A stretch of 63,721 bases of DNA, taken from positions 1 through 63,721 of the forward strand of contig JAZGDL010000435.1 of assembly GCA_036477795.1 (NCBI GenBank). The letters run 5' to 3'. The position numbers and the translations under genes are program-made. The stretch comes from Phycisphaerae bacterium (lineage in GTDB: Bacteria; Planctomycetota; Phycisphaerae; UBA1845). Below, in pieces: positions 16,201-31,200 of the stretch (position 1 is the stretch's first letter; each line of letters starts with the position of its first letter). The notes under the pieces are model-generated. The model was not told the origin of the DNA. It was given only the letters and a program-made list of their open reading frames with translations, and did no database searches.

Positions 16201-19200
16201 AGGGGGGAAACCACGGATTGCAATCCGTGGGCTTTGCGGGCGCGGGAACGGGACCTGTCCTGAACATCGGGTTCACGTGGATGCGGGGATTTGAGGAGCA
16301 AAAACCGCTCAACCTGGACCTCGGTGAACTGATCGGCCTCGACGCGTTGGGCAACCTGGTAGACGTGGGCGGCAATGCGCTGCTCGACGTCCAGGGCGGG
16401 GTCCGGTTTGAGCTTCAAATGGGGTTGGATTTGAGCGACCCGCTTAACCCCGAGCCGTTCGTCTATGACTCCACGGAGGCGGTGCTGTCGCTGGGCGCGG
16501 GGGCGAACAGTATGGACATGTCGGCAGCGCTGGGTCCGTTGGGCGTGTTCGTGCGTGACGGTCTGGTGGCGCTCGGGCGTCGGGACGATATCGGCGCGCC
16601 CGCGGAATTGACGTTCGGCCTGGAGGATAACGACGGCGACGGTCGCATTGCGCTGTTCGAGTTGGGCTTTTCCAACGCGGATATCGATCTGGATGCCCAG
16701 GTCATGGCCAACTTGCCCATGTTCTTCCCGACTGCGTCCAACGGGATCGGCCCCTTGAACCTGACCATCGCCGACCTGCGTGACATCCCGGGAACGATCA
16801 CCACGCAGACGCCTGACTTCAGTTCAGCTCTGGATAATCTGAACCTCGGTCAGAACCTGTCGGCCATGTTCGACGGCTGGATCGGCCTGTTGACCTTCCT
16901 GGAGGACGCGCTGGACGGCGAGGTGTTCGGCATCGAGCTGCCCATCATCGGTGACAAACTGGCGTCTGCGTCGGACTTCTTCGGTCAAATGCGCGACGCG
17001 GTCCTCGGCGTCCTATCGCCGGACGATCTTATGGTCACCGGGGAGGAACTGGCTGCCATTGAAGGTGGAGAGTCGGTGGGCATCGATCCGATCGAGGCCC
17101 TGCGGCAGGCGCTGTTCGACGGGCTGGGCGACACGGGTTGGCTGCTCGACGCTCCGGGGACCAGCCCCGGGGTAAATATCGACGACATCGTCATCGTGCA
17201 AGGCCCGGACTCCATCGAGTTTCAGATGCGGCTCGGGCATGGACTCTTGGACGTGCCCAGCGATTCGGGGTTCGACTTCGATCTGGGGATGCCCGGCCTG
17301 GGATTGGAGGCCGAGGGTCAGATCGACTTCACCTCGGCCTTTGAGATGGACCTTGGTTTCGGCATCACCCTCGACGAGGGCGTGTACGTCAATTTCGATC
17401 CGTTCGGTGAGGGAGATGATATCACCGTCGACGTGCACGCCGGCGTTCCCGGTTTCACCGCCACCGGCGAGCTGTTGTTTCTCCAACTCGACCTCAATGA
17501 CGAGGACGCGTTCGGGGACGACGGCGATGAGTACAGCCCGAGCAGCCTGGACGCGTTGTTCGGCGTCGATCTGGACGGAGCGGAAGGCAACGGTCGTATC
17601 CTTCTGACGGAACTCTTCAGCGGCCTGAGTGAGCTCGAAGCGTCCGTCAACTTGGACGTCGACGTCAACCTCGAGGGCCAAGCCAGCTTCGGGGGCTTGG
17701 CGCAGTTCCCGTCGATGGATTTCTTCTTCGATCTGGACTGGTCCGGGTCCGCCAGCACCGCCACCGGATTTGATTTCGACACCGCGCCGGAAATCTGGTT
17801 CCGCGACGTCCGTCTGGATTTCGGCACGGTCATCGGCGACCTGCTCGGTCCGGTGGTCGACAGTGTGGGCGATGTGCTGGGGCCGACGTCGGATGTGCTC
17901 GACATTTTGACCACCCCACTCCCGCTGATCTCCGATCTGGGTGGCGACGTGACCCTGATAGATATCGCGACGATATTCGGCGAGGTCGAAGGGGTCGCGG
18001 AGTTTCTGAGTGCGCTCTCCGACGTAACTGATCTGATCGACTTCCTGGAAACCTTCGACGCAGGTGATGGGGAACTGTTCCTGAATGTAGGCAGCTTTCA
18101 GATCAGCGGCGAAGAAGCACTCGATGGAAACATGAAGGGCGGCCTGACTCCCACGACGACCGTCGAAGGCGATCCGCTGGGCGATATCGATCCCAATTCC
18201 CCGGCGGGCCAAGCGTTCATCATGGCCCAGAACGTGGGGGGGACGGCCGCACAGCGATCTGCCCAACCCAGCCAGGACCCCGTCGGATTCAGTTTCCCGA
18301 TCGTGCAGGATCCGTCGGAGGCGTTTTCGTTGTTGCTGGGTGGCAACCCGTCCATCATCGAATATGACTTTCCGGAGTTCGTCCTTGGGTTCGAGTACTC
18401 TCAGTTCTTCCCGATTATCGGTCCGCTCGGAGCGCAGGTGACCGGGAGCGTGGGGGCCAACTTCGACTTCGGTTTTGGGTACGACACCTTCGGCATCCGC
18501 CAGTTCGCCGAGAGCGACTTCAACAACTTCGGGGCCATCTTTGAGGGCTTCTTCATCAAGGACTTGAACGACGCCGGCGAGGATGTTCCCGAGGTCCAGC
18601 TCATCGCCGAGATCTCCGCGGGCGTGGAGATCAACGTCGGCGTCGGGCGGGCGGGCGTCGAGGGCGGAATCCGCGGGACCATCGATTTCAACTTGAACGA
18701 CCCCGACGGCGACGGGCGGGTGCGGGTCAACGAGCTCGCCGAGAACGTCGCCTTGGAGGGCAACCCGTTCCACATCTTCGACATCAGCGCCACCATCGAT
18801 GCCTTCCTTCGCGCTTACCTCGAGATCATCCCGATTATCGACATCGACATCACCATCGTTGACGTGACCATCATCGATATCGACTTCCCGCGTCCGGATA
18901 GCACGCCCCGTCTCGCGGAAGTCGACGCGATGGGCATGCTGAACGTCAACATCGGCTCGCGGGCCGGCAACCGCCTGCACGGCGACGTTGCTGACGGTGC
19001 GGAGTCGTTCATCCTGAGGCCTGGGGACAATGCGGGCGAGGTTATCGTCGAGGCCTTCGGGTTGCGGCAGACTTACAGCGACGTGGCGAACATCCTGGTG
19101 GCCGACGCGGGGGTAGGCAACGACTCGATTATTCTGGCCGGCGGGCTGGAGATCCCCTCCGAGATCCACGGCGGCGCGGGCGATGATACGCTGACAGGCT

Positions 19201-22200
19201 CGAAGGGACCGGTGACGTTCTATGGCGACGGCGGGAACGACACGCTGATGGGCTCCTCGGTGGACGACATGCTCTTCGGCGGCGCTGGCATGGACACGAT
19301 TCACGCCGGCCGAGGCGATGACCACGTCGATGGCGGCGACGGGGCGGACATGTTGTTCGGCGATTCCGGCGCGGACGTGATGATGGGCGGCGCGGGCGAT
19401 GACCAACTTTTCGGCGGGCGAGGCGATGACAACCTCGACGGCGGAATGGGCGTCGATCAGCTTTTCGGCGATGAGAACAATGACTTGCTGGTTGGCGGGG
19501 ACGGGGACGATCGCCTGGAAGGTGGCCTGGGTAACGACGCTTTGATCGGCGACATCGGGACGGCGGCTGTCAATGCCACGGGCGATTGGGTAATCGACGA
19601 AGGCAGCCTTTCCGGTTCCGGCAACGATGTACTGCTGGGCAATGCGGGCTTCGATGTGATGCACGGCGGCGCCGGCAACGACGATCTGCGCGGCGGCGCG
19701 GGTGGGGACACGATGTTTGGCGGGCTGGGCAGCGACCTGCTGCGCGGCGAGTCGGGCAACGATTTCCTCGACGGCGGCGAGGGCGACGACGATGGATCGC
19801 CTTTCGGCGCCTCGGCCGGCCTGATCGGCGGGCAGGGAAGTGACACACTCGTCGGCGGGTGGGGCAAGGACCGCATCTACGCCGGTATCAACGAATTCGG
19901 CGGCGGGGCTGCGGGCGAGAACCACATCATCTTTGGCGACGTGCAGGATCCTGACGCGCCGGCCCCGGGCAGTCCGTCGGATCACGCGGACGTGATTTAC
20001 GGTGACCTGGGCAATGACACGATTGACGCGGGGTACGGCGACGACAACGTCACCACGTTCATCGGCAGTGCCACCGTTCGAGGTCAGCAGGGCGCGGATA
20101 CGATTCTGATAGCCGCAGTGGGCAGCGACATTGTCTTCGTCGACGGCGGCACGGAGAACGACACGGTCAACCTGACGACGGGGCTGGGGAACGTCGACGT
20201 CTTCGGCGGCGCGGGCAACGACATTATCAATATCAATGCTGATAGGATTATCAGCGTCGATCTCGGGTCGGGTAACGATGTGTTGACCGTCAACGGCCTG
20301 GGCCAGGGTCAGATTTTCGTTCTTGGCGGTGCCGGAACGGATGATATCGACCTGGGCGCGGCGGGGGCCATCCTGGCCGGCGGCGGGCCTGTGATTGTGT
20401 TCGGCGACGCGGACGGCCTGGCATTGCCCGGCGGCGCGAACGACGACATCCGCATCTTCGCGACGGGCCCGGTGACGGTGGACGCGGGCGAAGGCGCGGA
20501 CACGGTCGACATTCAAGGGCCTGCGGGCAACGTCATCGTCGACGGGGACGGCAGCGCGTCGGCAGCCAATTCCGGCGCGGACGACATTGACATTGTGTCG
20601 TCTGCGAGTGTCACGGTCGATGCGGGACCCGCCGACGACTTCGTGACCATTCTGGGGCCGGTGACAGGTGCTGTGAACATAATCGGCGGGGGCGGTGCCG
20701 ACGACATCGACTTGGGTACGGCTTCCAACCCGACCGGCGCGCCGCTGGTCAACGTGTTCTCCGACGGCGATTCGGGCCCGATCGCGACGGGCGGTGTGGA
20801 CCATATCGATCTGTATGCACCGGGCGCGATCAACGTGGATTCCGGCGAGGCCGGCGATTTCGTGACCATTCGCGGCGGAGCTGGTGCGATCACAGTGCTG
20901 GCCGACGGGGCGCCGGGGACGATCGGTTTGAACTCCTCGGGAGCTGACAACGTGGACATCGTCGGGGACGGCGATGTTACGGTGCAGGCGGGCGCTCATG
21001 ACGACGACGTGACCATCAACGGCGCAGGATTGGGCGACGTGAAAGTTGTCGGCGATCACGGGTCGGATGAGATCACCATCGGGAATCCCGGTGGTATTCT
21101 TGCAAGCGGGGCGGTTGACGTATTTGCCGACGGCGAGTTCGGAGCGATTGCAGGCGGAGCAGCCGACGTGGTGGACATTTACGCCGACGGGCCAGTCACC
21201 GCGGACCTCGGTGAGGCCGGCGATGACTTGTCGGTTCACGGCTTCGCCGACGGACCGGTGACGGTGTTCGGCGATGGCCCGTTGGGTCTGGAATCAATTT
21301 CGGAACAGGCCTCGCCGGGTGGGCCGGATGTGATTGACATCGTCGCGGGGACGGGAGCGATCACCGTTTACGGTCAGGCGGGCGACGACGACATTCACAT
21401 CGAAGCGACGGGCGGGGACAGCCTCGTTTACGGGCACGAGGGTGACGACACCATCCGTATCATCGGTCCTGGTAACGACTCGATCATTGCGGGCACGGGT
21501 AACGATACGGTCTACGGCGGTGACGGTCGGGACGTCATCGTCGGCGGATTCGGCGACGACGTGATCTGGGGTGACGATGAGCTGGACGACGGCGACGGCA
21601 CGCCCGACGCATTGGGCGACGTGATCTGGGGCGGTGACCTGCCCGACGAGTGGGCTGGATTGGCTGACTTCGGTCGTCAGTTCTTCAGTGACGCGAGCGA
21701 TTTCATCGAGCCGCCGGGCTTCGAGGTGGCCGAGCAATTCAACCCGACAACCTATCGCGATCGCTATGGCCTGTTGAACGTGGTTCCGCTGGGTGGACTG
21801 GGTGTTTCGCTGGCGGGTGTGTCGTACATCGGCGATCGAATTGACGAAAACGGAAATCCGACCGGTGACGGAAAAGACGAGATTCACGGCGGACATAGCA
21901 GCGACTTCATCTTCGGCGGCTGGGATGAGGACAATCTCTTCGGCGGGGCTGGGCGGGATTACATCGACGGCGGAGAGGCCGACGACAAGGTTCGCGGCGG
22001 CGATGATGACGACGTCCTGCTCGGCGGATTGAACAGCGACGTCCTGCGCGGCGGCGAGGGAATCGATCAACTCTACGGCAATGAGGGCGACGACTTCCTC
22101 TTCGCCGACCACGGCCAATTCGGCGGCCCGTTTCCCAACGACCAGGCCGGTCAGCGATTGTGGGGCGGGGCGGGCTTTGACTACCTGTACGCCTACGCAC

Positions 22201-25200
22201 CGAGCTTCCAGGCGGAACTGGAATTCGACCGGATCGGCGACGAGCTTCGCGGCGGGACCGGCGGCGACTACCTGTACGGCAACCTGCGCATGGACCTTCT
22301 AAAGGGCGGCGACGACAACGACTATCTGCACGGCGACTACCTGGAAGGCCCCACCTATCCGCGAAACACGCTGGCGTCGGTGAATCGCGAGACGAGCAAC
22401 GGCGAGTTTGTGGGCTCAGCCGACCGGCTGTTCGGCGGGTTTGGCCAGGACCAGCTTTACGGCGGCGGAGGTAACGACACGCTGTGGGGCGGTCGCGATT
22501 CAGACTGGGTGGAGGGCCAGGACGGCAACGACCGGGCGTTCGGCGGAAACGGCGTGGACATTCTCGTCCTAGACGTCGACGGGAATTACCACGTATTGGG
22601 TGACGATTTTGACGGCTTCTTTGGAAACGAAGCGGAGGGCGACGTAGCCGACGCCCGCGAAGTCGATATCTTGCTGGTGGAGGGGGACAAGACGCGCGAC
22701 CCCGACAATCCCTTCATCGACAACATCGTGATGACCGAGACGGACGTGGCCATCACCGGTGACCGCGACCTGCCCGGTGACGGGAGGCTTAATAAGGCCG
22801 ATGCGGGCGCTACGGCGGAGTTTACGCTTTCGGTGACGGGATTGGGTGTCCCAATGCAAAGCGTTGCGGTCTCCGTGCCCAACGATCTGACCAACACCAA
22901 CATTGATAATCTGATTACCGACATCAATGCACAATTGGCCACAGCCTTGACTACGTCGGGAATCCCGTCGGACGCGGTCCATGCGGTGCGCGCCGGAGAT
23001 CGTATCCGCCTGCAAACCGTCGGGCTGGGCCAGTTTTCGGAGTTATTGATCACGAGTGTCAACGATGTGACACAGAATGTACTGGGCATCGCTCCGGACG
23101 CGTTCGTAGGCGCGTTTGTGACCGGCGAGTCAGCCCTGCCGACGGACGGAACGCTGGGTGGCGAAGCCTCGTTCACGGTGACGATCGACGGTGGGGGGAT
23201 CAACCAGCAGTCGATCAGTGTGACCGTGCCGGATGAGTCATCGACCGCCGGCGGGTTGGTCAGTGCAGTGGACTTCGCCGTCAATCACGCGTTGCAGACG
23301 GCGTCCCTGCCGGGCGACGCAGTGCGGGCGGTTCGCGTGGGAGATTTCCTGCGACTGGAGACCAACGGCCTGGGCGCTTCGGGTTCGATCACGTTATCCA
23401 ATGTCAACGCCGTCGCGGGCGACGTATTGGGGCTAAGCAACGACCAAACCGGAACGCCACTGTCCGCCATCGTCGGGCGACAGTTGATCAACGTCGATTA
23501 CAGCGGGCGGTCCATCTACGTAAGCTGGCGCGACCGCGGGAACCTGCCGCTGGTGGAACAGTTCCAGATTTCGGGCCTGATGGGTGACGACGTTATCGAA
23601 GTCCACCTGACCGAGGCCACCATCGAACAGCTTTCCAACGAGACACCGGGCGATCCGTGGGTGACGGTGATCAGCGGCGGTCCGGGCGACGATCGTATCC
23701 GCGGCAGCGAAGGGCGTGACCGCATTAACGGCGGTCCGGGAAGCGACCAACTGTTCGGCTTCGGCGGCAACGACCGCATCTGGGGCGCGGAATTCGGAGC
23801 TGATCCCAATGATATCGACCGGTTGTTCGCCGGACAGGGTAACGACGACCTGATCGGTGGAGAAAACGAGACGCAGTTCTACGCGTGGTCCATCCATCCG
23901 GAGGTGCCTGCCGGACTGGTTTCATCGTTTGACGTGGAGAGTTTCCTAACGGACGGTCCGGGCGTTGATTTCGGCGTGGTTGTCGATGACGCCGGGAGCC
24001 TGCTGCTGGACGACGGCAGCGGGGCCTTTGAGTTCGAAGACACCGGCCTGAACCGGATGTTGGGGTCGGAGTTCGAGGCCTCTACGGACTACTTCTTTGG
24101 CGGAACCGGGCTGGACTTCATGTTCGGCAACGGCGGCGGCGGGGAGACGGGCGATCTTCTGATCACTCGCCGGGGCGTCGTGTTTTCGGATGAGGATGGT
24201 GTGCTGTCCAGTGACGACGCGTGGAAGGACTACGCCCGCAGCACGGATCAGGTGTGGTATCTGGGCGCCAGCGCCGCCGATGACACCATCGAGGTGGACT
24301 TCGTCACGAATCCTTTCAACCCGTTCTTCGGCCGGCATGTGGTGACGTTGAGCACTGACGGCTCGTTCGATCCGCGATTCAGCGGCTTCGACAACTCGAC
24401 GGCGTACGACGGCAGCGGCGAGGCAACCCATGAGACGATGGACGAGGTGTACGACGTCGAGACGGAGTTGTTGGTGTCGCCGGAGATGGTGAACGAAGAC
24501 CTGGGCGAGCCGGACCTCGGCACCGTTCCCAGGGACACGCAGGACCGTCTGGTCGATCCGTTCGAGCTGACGCCGTTTGATCTGATTCAAGAATTGCTGG
24601 GCGAGGAGGACTTCCTGGCCATCATCATCGATGCGCTGGGCGGCGACGACGAAATAATCGTGGGCGAGACGGTGCAGGTGTCGGTGTGGGTGGACGCAGG
24701 CCCGGGAGACGACGTGGTGCTGATCCAGCCGCAACTGTCCTTCCTGCCGGACCTGACGGACCCCGTGGGCGACCGCAACGATCAACGGCTGAACGCTTAT
24801 CCGCTCGGAGAGGTCAACAATGAGGGCGAGATTATTCAGCCCATCGGGCTGGGCAACAGCGTCTTCACCGGCCTGACCATCGACAGCGCCCGCCAAGACA
24901 ATCCGGACATCGATTGGTATCGCTTCCTGATTTCACCGGATACGCCGACGGCGCCGGGTGACGAGCTGGAATTGATCGCGCTGCATGAGAACGACGACCT
25001 GAACCTGCAATTCTCGCTGCTTGATGCCGACGGCAATGCGGAGGGTGAGACCGCGGTCATCGGGACCGTGCCGCTGCCGTTTGACGGGCGGCTCGACGCC
25101 GACGCGGTGTTCACGCTAATTACCGACCCGGTGGTCGTGACGGCGATTTCGACGGCAGATAACGACACGCGAGAGGACCTGATAGACGACATCAACGCAG

Positions 25201-28200
25201 CCATCACCTCGCCGAATTTCAACGCCTCGCTGGTCAACGGGCGGCTGCGGATTGAAACGGTGGCGGCTGGTCCGGGGGCGAACGTCAGCATTGGGAACAC
25301 GAACTTGGTGACCAACGACGTTTTCGGTCTGGTGAACAATCATCCGCAGGTGGTGGTGCCGCTCTTGAGCGGGCTGGAGACCAGCCTCAACGAAGAGACC
25401 TGGGTGCGCGTCGAATCGGTCGGCAACGTTCCCACCGACTACGCCCTGGTCTTTTCGATGGCGTCGTTGGAAGACGGCCCGGACACCCTGCTAACCCCCG
25501 CGGGGGAACCGGTGGGCGACACGCGTGCGACGGCGTTTGCCCTGGACCGGGACCAGCCGATCAACCGGATCGACGACGTGGTCGGCCTGACGTTGCACGG
25601 CCCGACGTTGCACGGCCCGACGGACGAAGACTGGTATTCGTTCCGCCTGGGCGCGTCGAGGGGTACCAACCCGATCCGGATCACGTCGCACACGCCCACC
25701 ACACGACTGGGCATTGAGCTGTATCATGCCAACGATCCGGTTCCCATCCACTCCGCGACGACGTCCGGAGACCAACCGACTGCCGAGGTACATCTCGGCT
25801 CGACGAACCAGCCGCAGAACCCAGACGACGAGCTCTACTACGTACGCGTCGTGCGACAGAGCGACCTGGCCCACCCCGGCGAACGGGCCCGCTACGATTT
25901 GTTCCTCAACGTCGGATCCGAAGTCCAACCCGACACGACGGTGGATGACCCGTTCGTCCTGCCGTCGTTGGACCAGATCTTGCCGGTGACGGATCCATCA
26001 TTGGATCAACCGGGCGACGAGACGTGGTACAGCCTGACGTTGTCAGAGCCGGCCAGGGCGGGCGAGGGAATAGGCATTCGTTCGGTGGGCGCTTTCAGCG
26101 ACCTGACAGCCAGCATCTACCAGGTACTTAATCCCGAGTTTCTGACGAACGGCGGTGGATCAGTAACCGTTGAAGACCTGATCGATCAGGGAGCGGTGAC
26201 GAGTGCGCTGGCTACGATCGAAACCGGAGAGTTGGTCGATCTCGGCGCCGCGACGGAGGTGGTCGATCGGGGCACACAGGTCCTCGACCTCGCCGATCTG
26301 GGGCCCGACGTACCGGATACAGCCGTCACGTATTTGATTGGTGTGTCGGTAGCGCAGCGCGACTTGAACGGTGACGGACAGCCTGATCCGACAGCCCCCG
26401 GCTACGAGTTGTTCTCCATTTCCAGCGCCGTCAGCAAGTCGCGGTTGAATCTGGTGGCCGGCGAATCGCAGGACCTGTCCGGGCGCAGCCCGCTGGATCG
26501 TCGCGACGTGCTCATCGGCGGAACCGGGGACGATCGGCTGGTCGGTGGAACGGGCGAAGACTGGGTGATAGCCGGTGACGGGAACGACGTTCTGTCGGGC
26601 GGTCTCGATCGTCAAGCCAGCGACCTGTTGTTCGGTGGTGCGGGTGACGACATTTTCCAGTTGCTCCCCGACGCCCAGCCGATCATCCCCAGCACCGGGC
26701 GTAACGGCGATCCTCGCTTTCTGGACGACGTGCAGAGTGGCGACGCAGCCCTGGCGGACATGTTTGACGGCGGGTCGGGTGACGACCAAGTCCTATATCT
26801 GGGCGGTGACCTGGGCGAGGACGGAGTACCGATCCGCGACTTTGTCGCCATCGGGTACGACCGCTTCCTGCACCGCTACCGGTTAACCTCGTTGCTGTGG
26901 GACCAGGGCAACCACTTGTTCGTAGCCGATCCGCAGACCGACAGGTTCGATCAGCACTTCGCCTACTTCCAGGCGCGCGACATCGAGCGCACCGTCATCG
27001 ACACCGGAGATGGAGTCGACGTGGTCCACGCTGATGCGGGCTACATCCTCAACGGCGAAACCTGGGGCATTGCCCGCGGTGACGTGGAGGACAACGGGCT
27101 GGCCTATCAATCCATCGAGATTCGCGGCGGCGACGGCAAGGACTGGCTATACGGTGGAGCCGGCGTGGATATCATTTACGGCGAGGGGAACAAGGATTTC
27201 ATCGCCGGCGGTGAAGGCGATGATCATATTCTCGGCGGTCCCGGAAACGACGAGCTCTCCGGCAACAGGGGCAACTTCGCAGTTCCCAACCCGGACGAGA
27301 ATCCGAGCGATCCGGATGATGACTTCCTTTATGTGGGGTTCAGTGAGCGCCCGCCCAACACGCCCGACGACGTCACCCAGTCGGGCGGCGGAGTGCTGGT
27401 CGGCGACCCGTTGGCCCAAGATATCTACGAATTCGACTCCAACATCGCATTCCCACTGGCAGCCGATCGACCGCGACCGACGGGGATCGACATCCCGGGC
27501 CGGAGCGCGGTCGACGATTCCGGCGGGGCGGAGCGCGGCTACCTGGAATCGGGTGACAATTGGTCCAACGGTCCGCTCGAAGGATTCGGCGGGGGATCAC
27601 GCTCGCATCAATCCGTTCTCCTATCGGACCCGGCGTCGGTAGAATGGTTGTTTGAGAGTCTCACTCCGGGTGAGTACGAGATCTTCGCAACCTGGCCTGG
27701 CGATCCCGTCAACCCCAACCTGCAATACGCCACCAACACGCCGTTTGAAGTGTTCGTCGATGTTAACGCTACGCCGGAACTGTCGATGCTGGTGAACCAG
27801 CGCTTGGCGCCGCAGGACTTGGTGGAGCAGGGGTGGAGTTGGCAGCGGCTGGGAGTGGTAACGGTCGCCGACGGTGTGGTTCGCGTTCGGATGACCAACG
27901 ACGCCAATGCGGAAGTGTTGGCCGACGCGGTACGAATTTCGCCCGTCGAGCCGTTCCTGTCCGACGCCTTCGCGTTGGAGGGGCCGGAGGGAGCGACCAG
28001 CGGGCAGGACCCACAGCCCGGCAGTCAGTTGTCGCTGTTCCAGGAAATTGGTGACATCAATGACGACCGCGTTACGGATTACATCGTCTCCGGCAGTGGG
28101 ACGCCCTCGAGCGACAGCTACATTCTTCTGGGGCCGGTGGATCGCGACAGCCTGTTTCGAGTCGACTCCCTCGACATCAACGGCGATACGATCAACGACC

Positions 28201-31200
28201 TCCTTGTCCGGGGCGCGGGCTACAACTTCGAGGTTACGTTTGACACCAACGAGGAACTGGAAGGTTCCGCCGGTTCATTCCGCGTGGGCGGTCGAGCCGC
28301 CATCGTTGTCGACGGAACCACGCTGGGTCGACCGGCTGAGACGATGGGGGACGTCGACGGTGACGGGCTTGGCGATTTGATGTTCCTTAGCCAGGAAGAC
28401 GGAACCGGCAACTGGATCGTCAGCGTGGTCAGGGGCCGCACCCCGGCGGATGGAGGGTTCGATCGCTTCCTCGACGATTCGTATGTCGACTATAGCATTA
28501 CGTTGCCCGCGGAGATTGCCCAAGACATAAGCGAGATCGGGGTCCACACCCTGGATTGGAACAACGATGGGTGGGACGACGTGCTGGTGCAGTGGCAACG
28601 GGACGTCTCCTTGATGGCCGGCGTGGAGCAGGTGGGATTGCTGTTCTCCGGGCAGACGCTGGTTGCTATGGGAGACGTCAACCAGAACCACGCGTCGACT
28701 CGGTTCCGCCGCGACGATTTCCACAACCCCGGAACCATCAGCGATCTAACGTCGATCGTCGTTGGAGACGTGAACGGCGACGGCTTCGAGGACGTCGTGT
28801 TCGGCGATCAGCGTTTCGCCGCCGGGATGCCGAACAGCGGGCGCGGGTATCTGATTCTGGGTCGCCCGTCGTTCGTGTCGGACATCTACCTGGATCACGC
28901 GACGGCGAACTTGGTGCAATCCGATTACATCTGGTCCGGCGTCGGCTTGGGGGCGGGCGTGTTCTCCCTGGGCGATGTCAACAGCGACGGTTATGACGAT
29001 TTCGCCTTGACTCGCTCGTTGTCCGGCACAGCTCAAGACAATCGCGACGGCGTCATTGTGTACGGCGGCGGTCCCAACCTCACCGTTCAGCCGACGGCGC
29101 AACCGCCCGTGCTCAACGACTCGAACAACGAATTGGTCCGCGTGGACCGCAACGTGCCGTCGGGGCAGTTCGTTCACGGCGATCTTTTCGTGCAGGCCGG
29201 TGATTTCGACGGTGATGGCCGGACGGACCTGGCCATCGGCGAGCCGGTGCGTCACTTGTCGCCCACTGCCGGCGAGGTCTCCGATGAGTCGCTGGTTGAT
29301 CCGTCGGGCGGATTCCTGCATTTGTTCTGGTCGGGGCTTGACGTTGCGGTTCCCACCACGCCCACTGCCCCGGTGCAACTGTCCCTGGCGTTTGCGGACG
29401 TGTCCATCGAAGGTGAAGTGGGTAGGGATCAATTCGGCCGGCTGCCGGGTAGCGGGAACCTCGATCTGGACGGTGATCGCATCAACGAATTGATCGTCGG
29501 CGCAGCCGCTGCCGACGTGCGGACGGGCGTGGCGGGCAACGGCCCCAATGATGTCGATCGAGACGCGGGCCGGGTCTACGTGATATTCGGCGGAACAGGT
29601 CGCCAAGTGCAACTCCCGACTTCCGGCGTGAACTTCCTGACCAACCGCGACATCCCGGGCGGAGGGTTGTTCGTCGTCGATCCAGCGACCGGACAACCGT
29701 TCCGTAGCGAGCTGGCGGTCCTGGAAGACTCAGCCGTCCTGGTCGGGTTTGATCCGCTACCGGCTGACGGACGTCTCGGGGCGGGCCTGTCGGGGAGTTT
29801 CGCCCTTGCGCTGGAAGGCCTGCTCGAGGGCTCGGCGGTTTCCGACCCCATCGTCATTTTTGATGATCCGACGAATCAAACAGCCCAGGATCTGGTGAAC
29901 GACATTCAGGGCGCGTTCAACAACGTGTTTATTGGGAATCAACTTCTTTCGAGCGTGGTGCAGCCGGTTCTGGATGCACAGGGGCAACTGCGTTTGGAAA
30001 CGATCGGCCTGGGCACGGACGGGCGGATCACGGTGGTAAACGTCAACGACGTGACGCGCAACGTGTTGCGTCTGCGGGAGGGCGATACCGGGGCATACGA
30101 ATTGGAGGACTGGCACCGGTTCGGCACGTTGGGCGACGGGCAGATCGGCAATCAGATTCGGGTGCTGCTGCGTGATCCCGAGTCGGGGGTGTTGAACGTG
30201 TCTCGACCCGCGCTGGCGTTGTCGTTTTCGACGGCGCCGGACGGCGGTGATCGACCGATTCTGTTCGTAAACGGCACGTTGGCTCCTGACGGGACGGCCG
30301 CGGACGTCATGCCGCCTGTGTTCTTCGGCCCCAGCCTGGAGGTCGGGGGCGGCGCGGGTCGTGTCGGGATCATGGAGTTCGACCTGACCGGGCTGCTGGG
30401 GTACATGGACAATCCGGAGCTGATCGACAACGTCACGCTGCAACTGCTGATGGCGCACGAGGCCGGCGGGCAGGCAAACCCGGGCACGTTGAGTGTGTCC
30501 CTGCTGGACGACAAGGCGGACGTGGCGGTGACGGCCACGGACGTGAGCAGGACGGCTGAGTTCTTTGAAGGGATCGAGCAGAGTTTCCTCACGGGCAATG
30601 GTTGGCCGACGAGTTCGGAGGGGAACGAATTCTTCGTCACGCTTGATCTGACGCAACACATTCGAGACGCTTTGGCGGCGGGCAAGACTCGGGTCAGTTT
30701 GCGGTTTGAATCTGACGTCGCGTTTCCGTTGTTCATCGAAGGGCTGGGTTCGGGGCGATCCGAATTATCCTTCGAGGTGGCCCCGCGCGGGGGGGTCGTG
30801 TTCGACGTGTTCGACGCCGACGGTCACCGGCTAACCGGCACGCGTGTGCTTGAGGGTGGCTTCGGGGGCAGCGGTCAGCGTATCGACGCGGGTGCTAGCG
30901 TGTTGGACATGCGGGACCTCGACGCGGGCGAATACTTCGTTCGAGTATACGATCCCTTTGAGAACCTGTACGAGGCTGGCCGACCGGCCGCTCTCGACTA
31001 CCTGATCGAGATCTCGCCGCCCAAGTTGGGTGACGCGGACGTACCGCCGGAACGTGACGAGATTTATGGCGAGGACGGCAACGACGTCATCGCCGGCAAC
31101 AACTACGTCGACCGCCTGTATGGCGGGCCAGGCATCGATACCTTTACGGCCGAAGCACTGGAAGTGCGCGATCGGGGCCTGGTTACAGGCAACCCGGCCA

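Noticed and set aside
17013-21239. 1408-aa minus-strand ORF
   Set aside because: It lies entirely antisense to the RTX/Gly-Asp repeat part of the giant gene. Its translation is Arg/Val/Ala/Asp low-complexity with no motifs. This is a typical shadow ORF of a GC-rich repetitive coding region.
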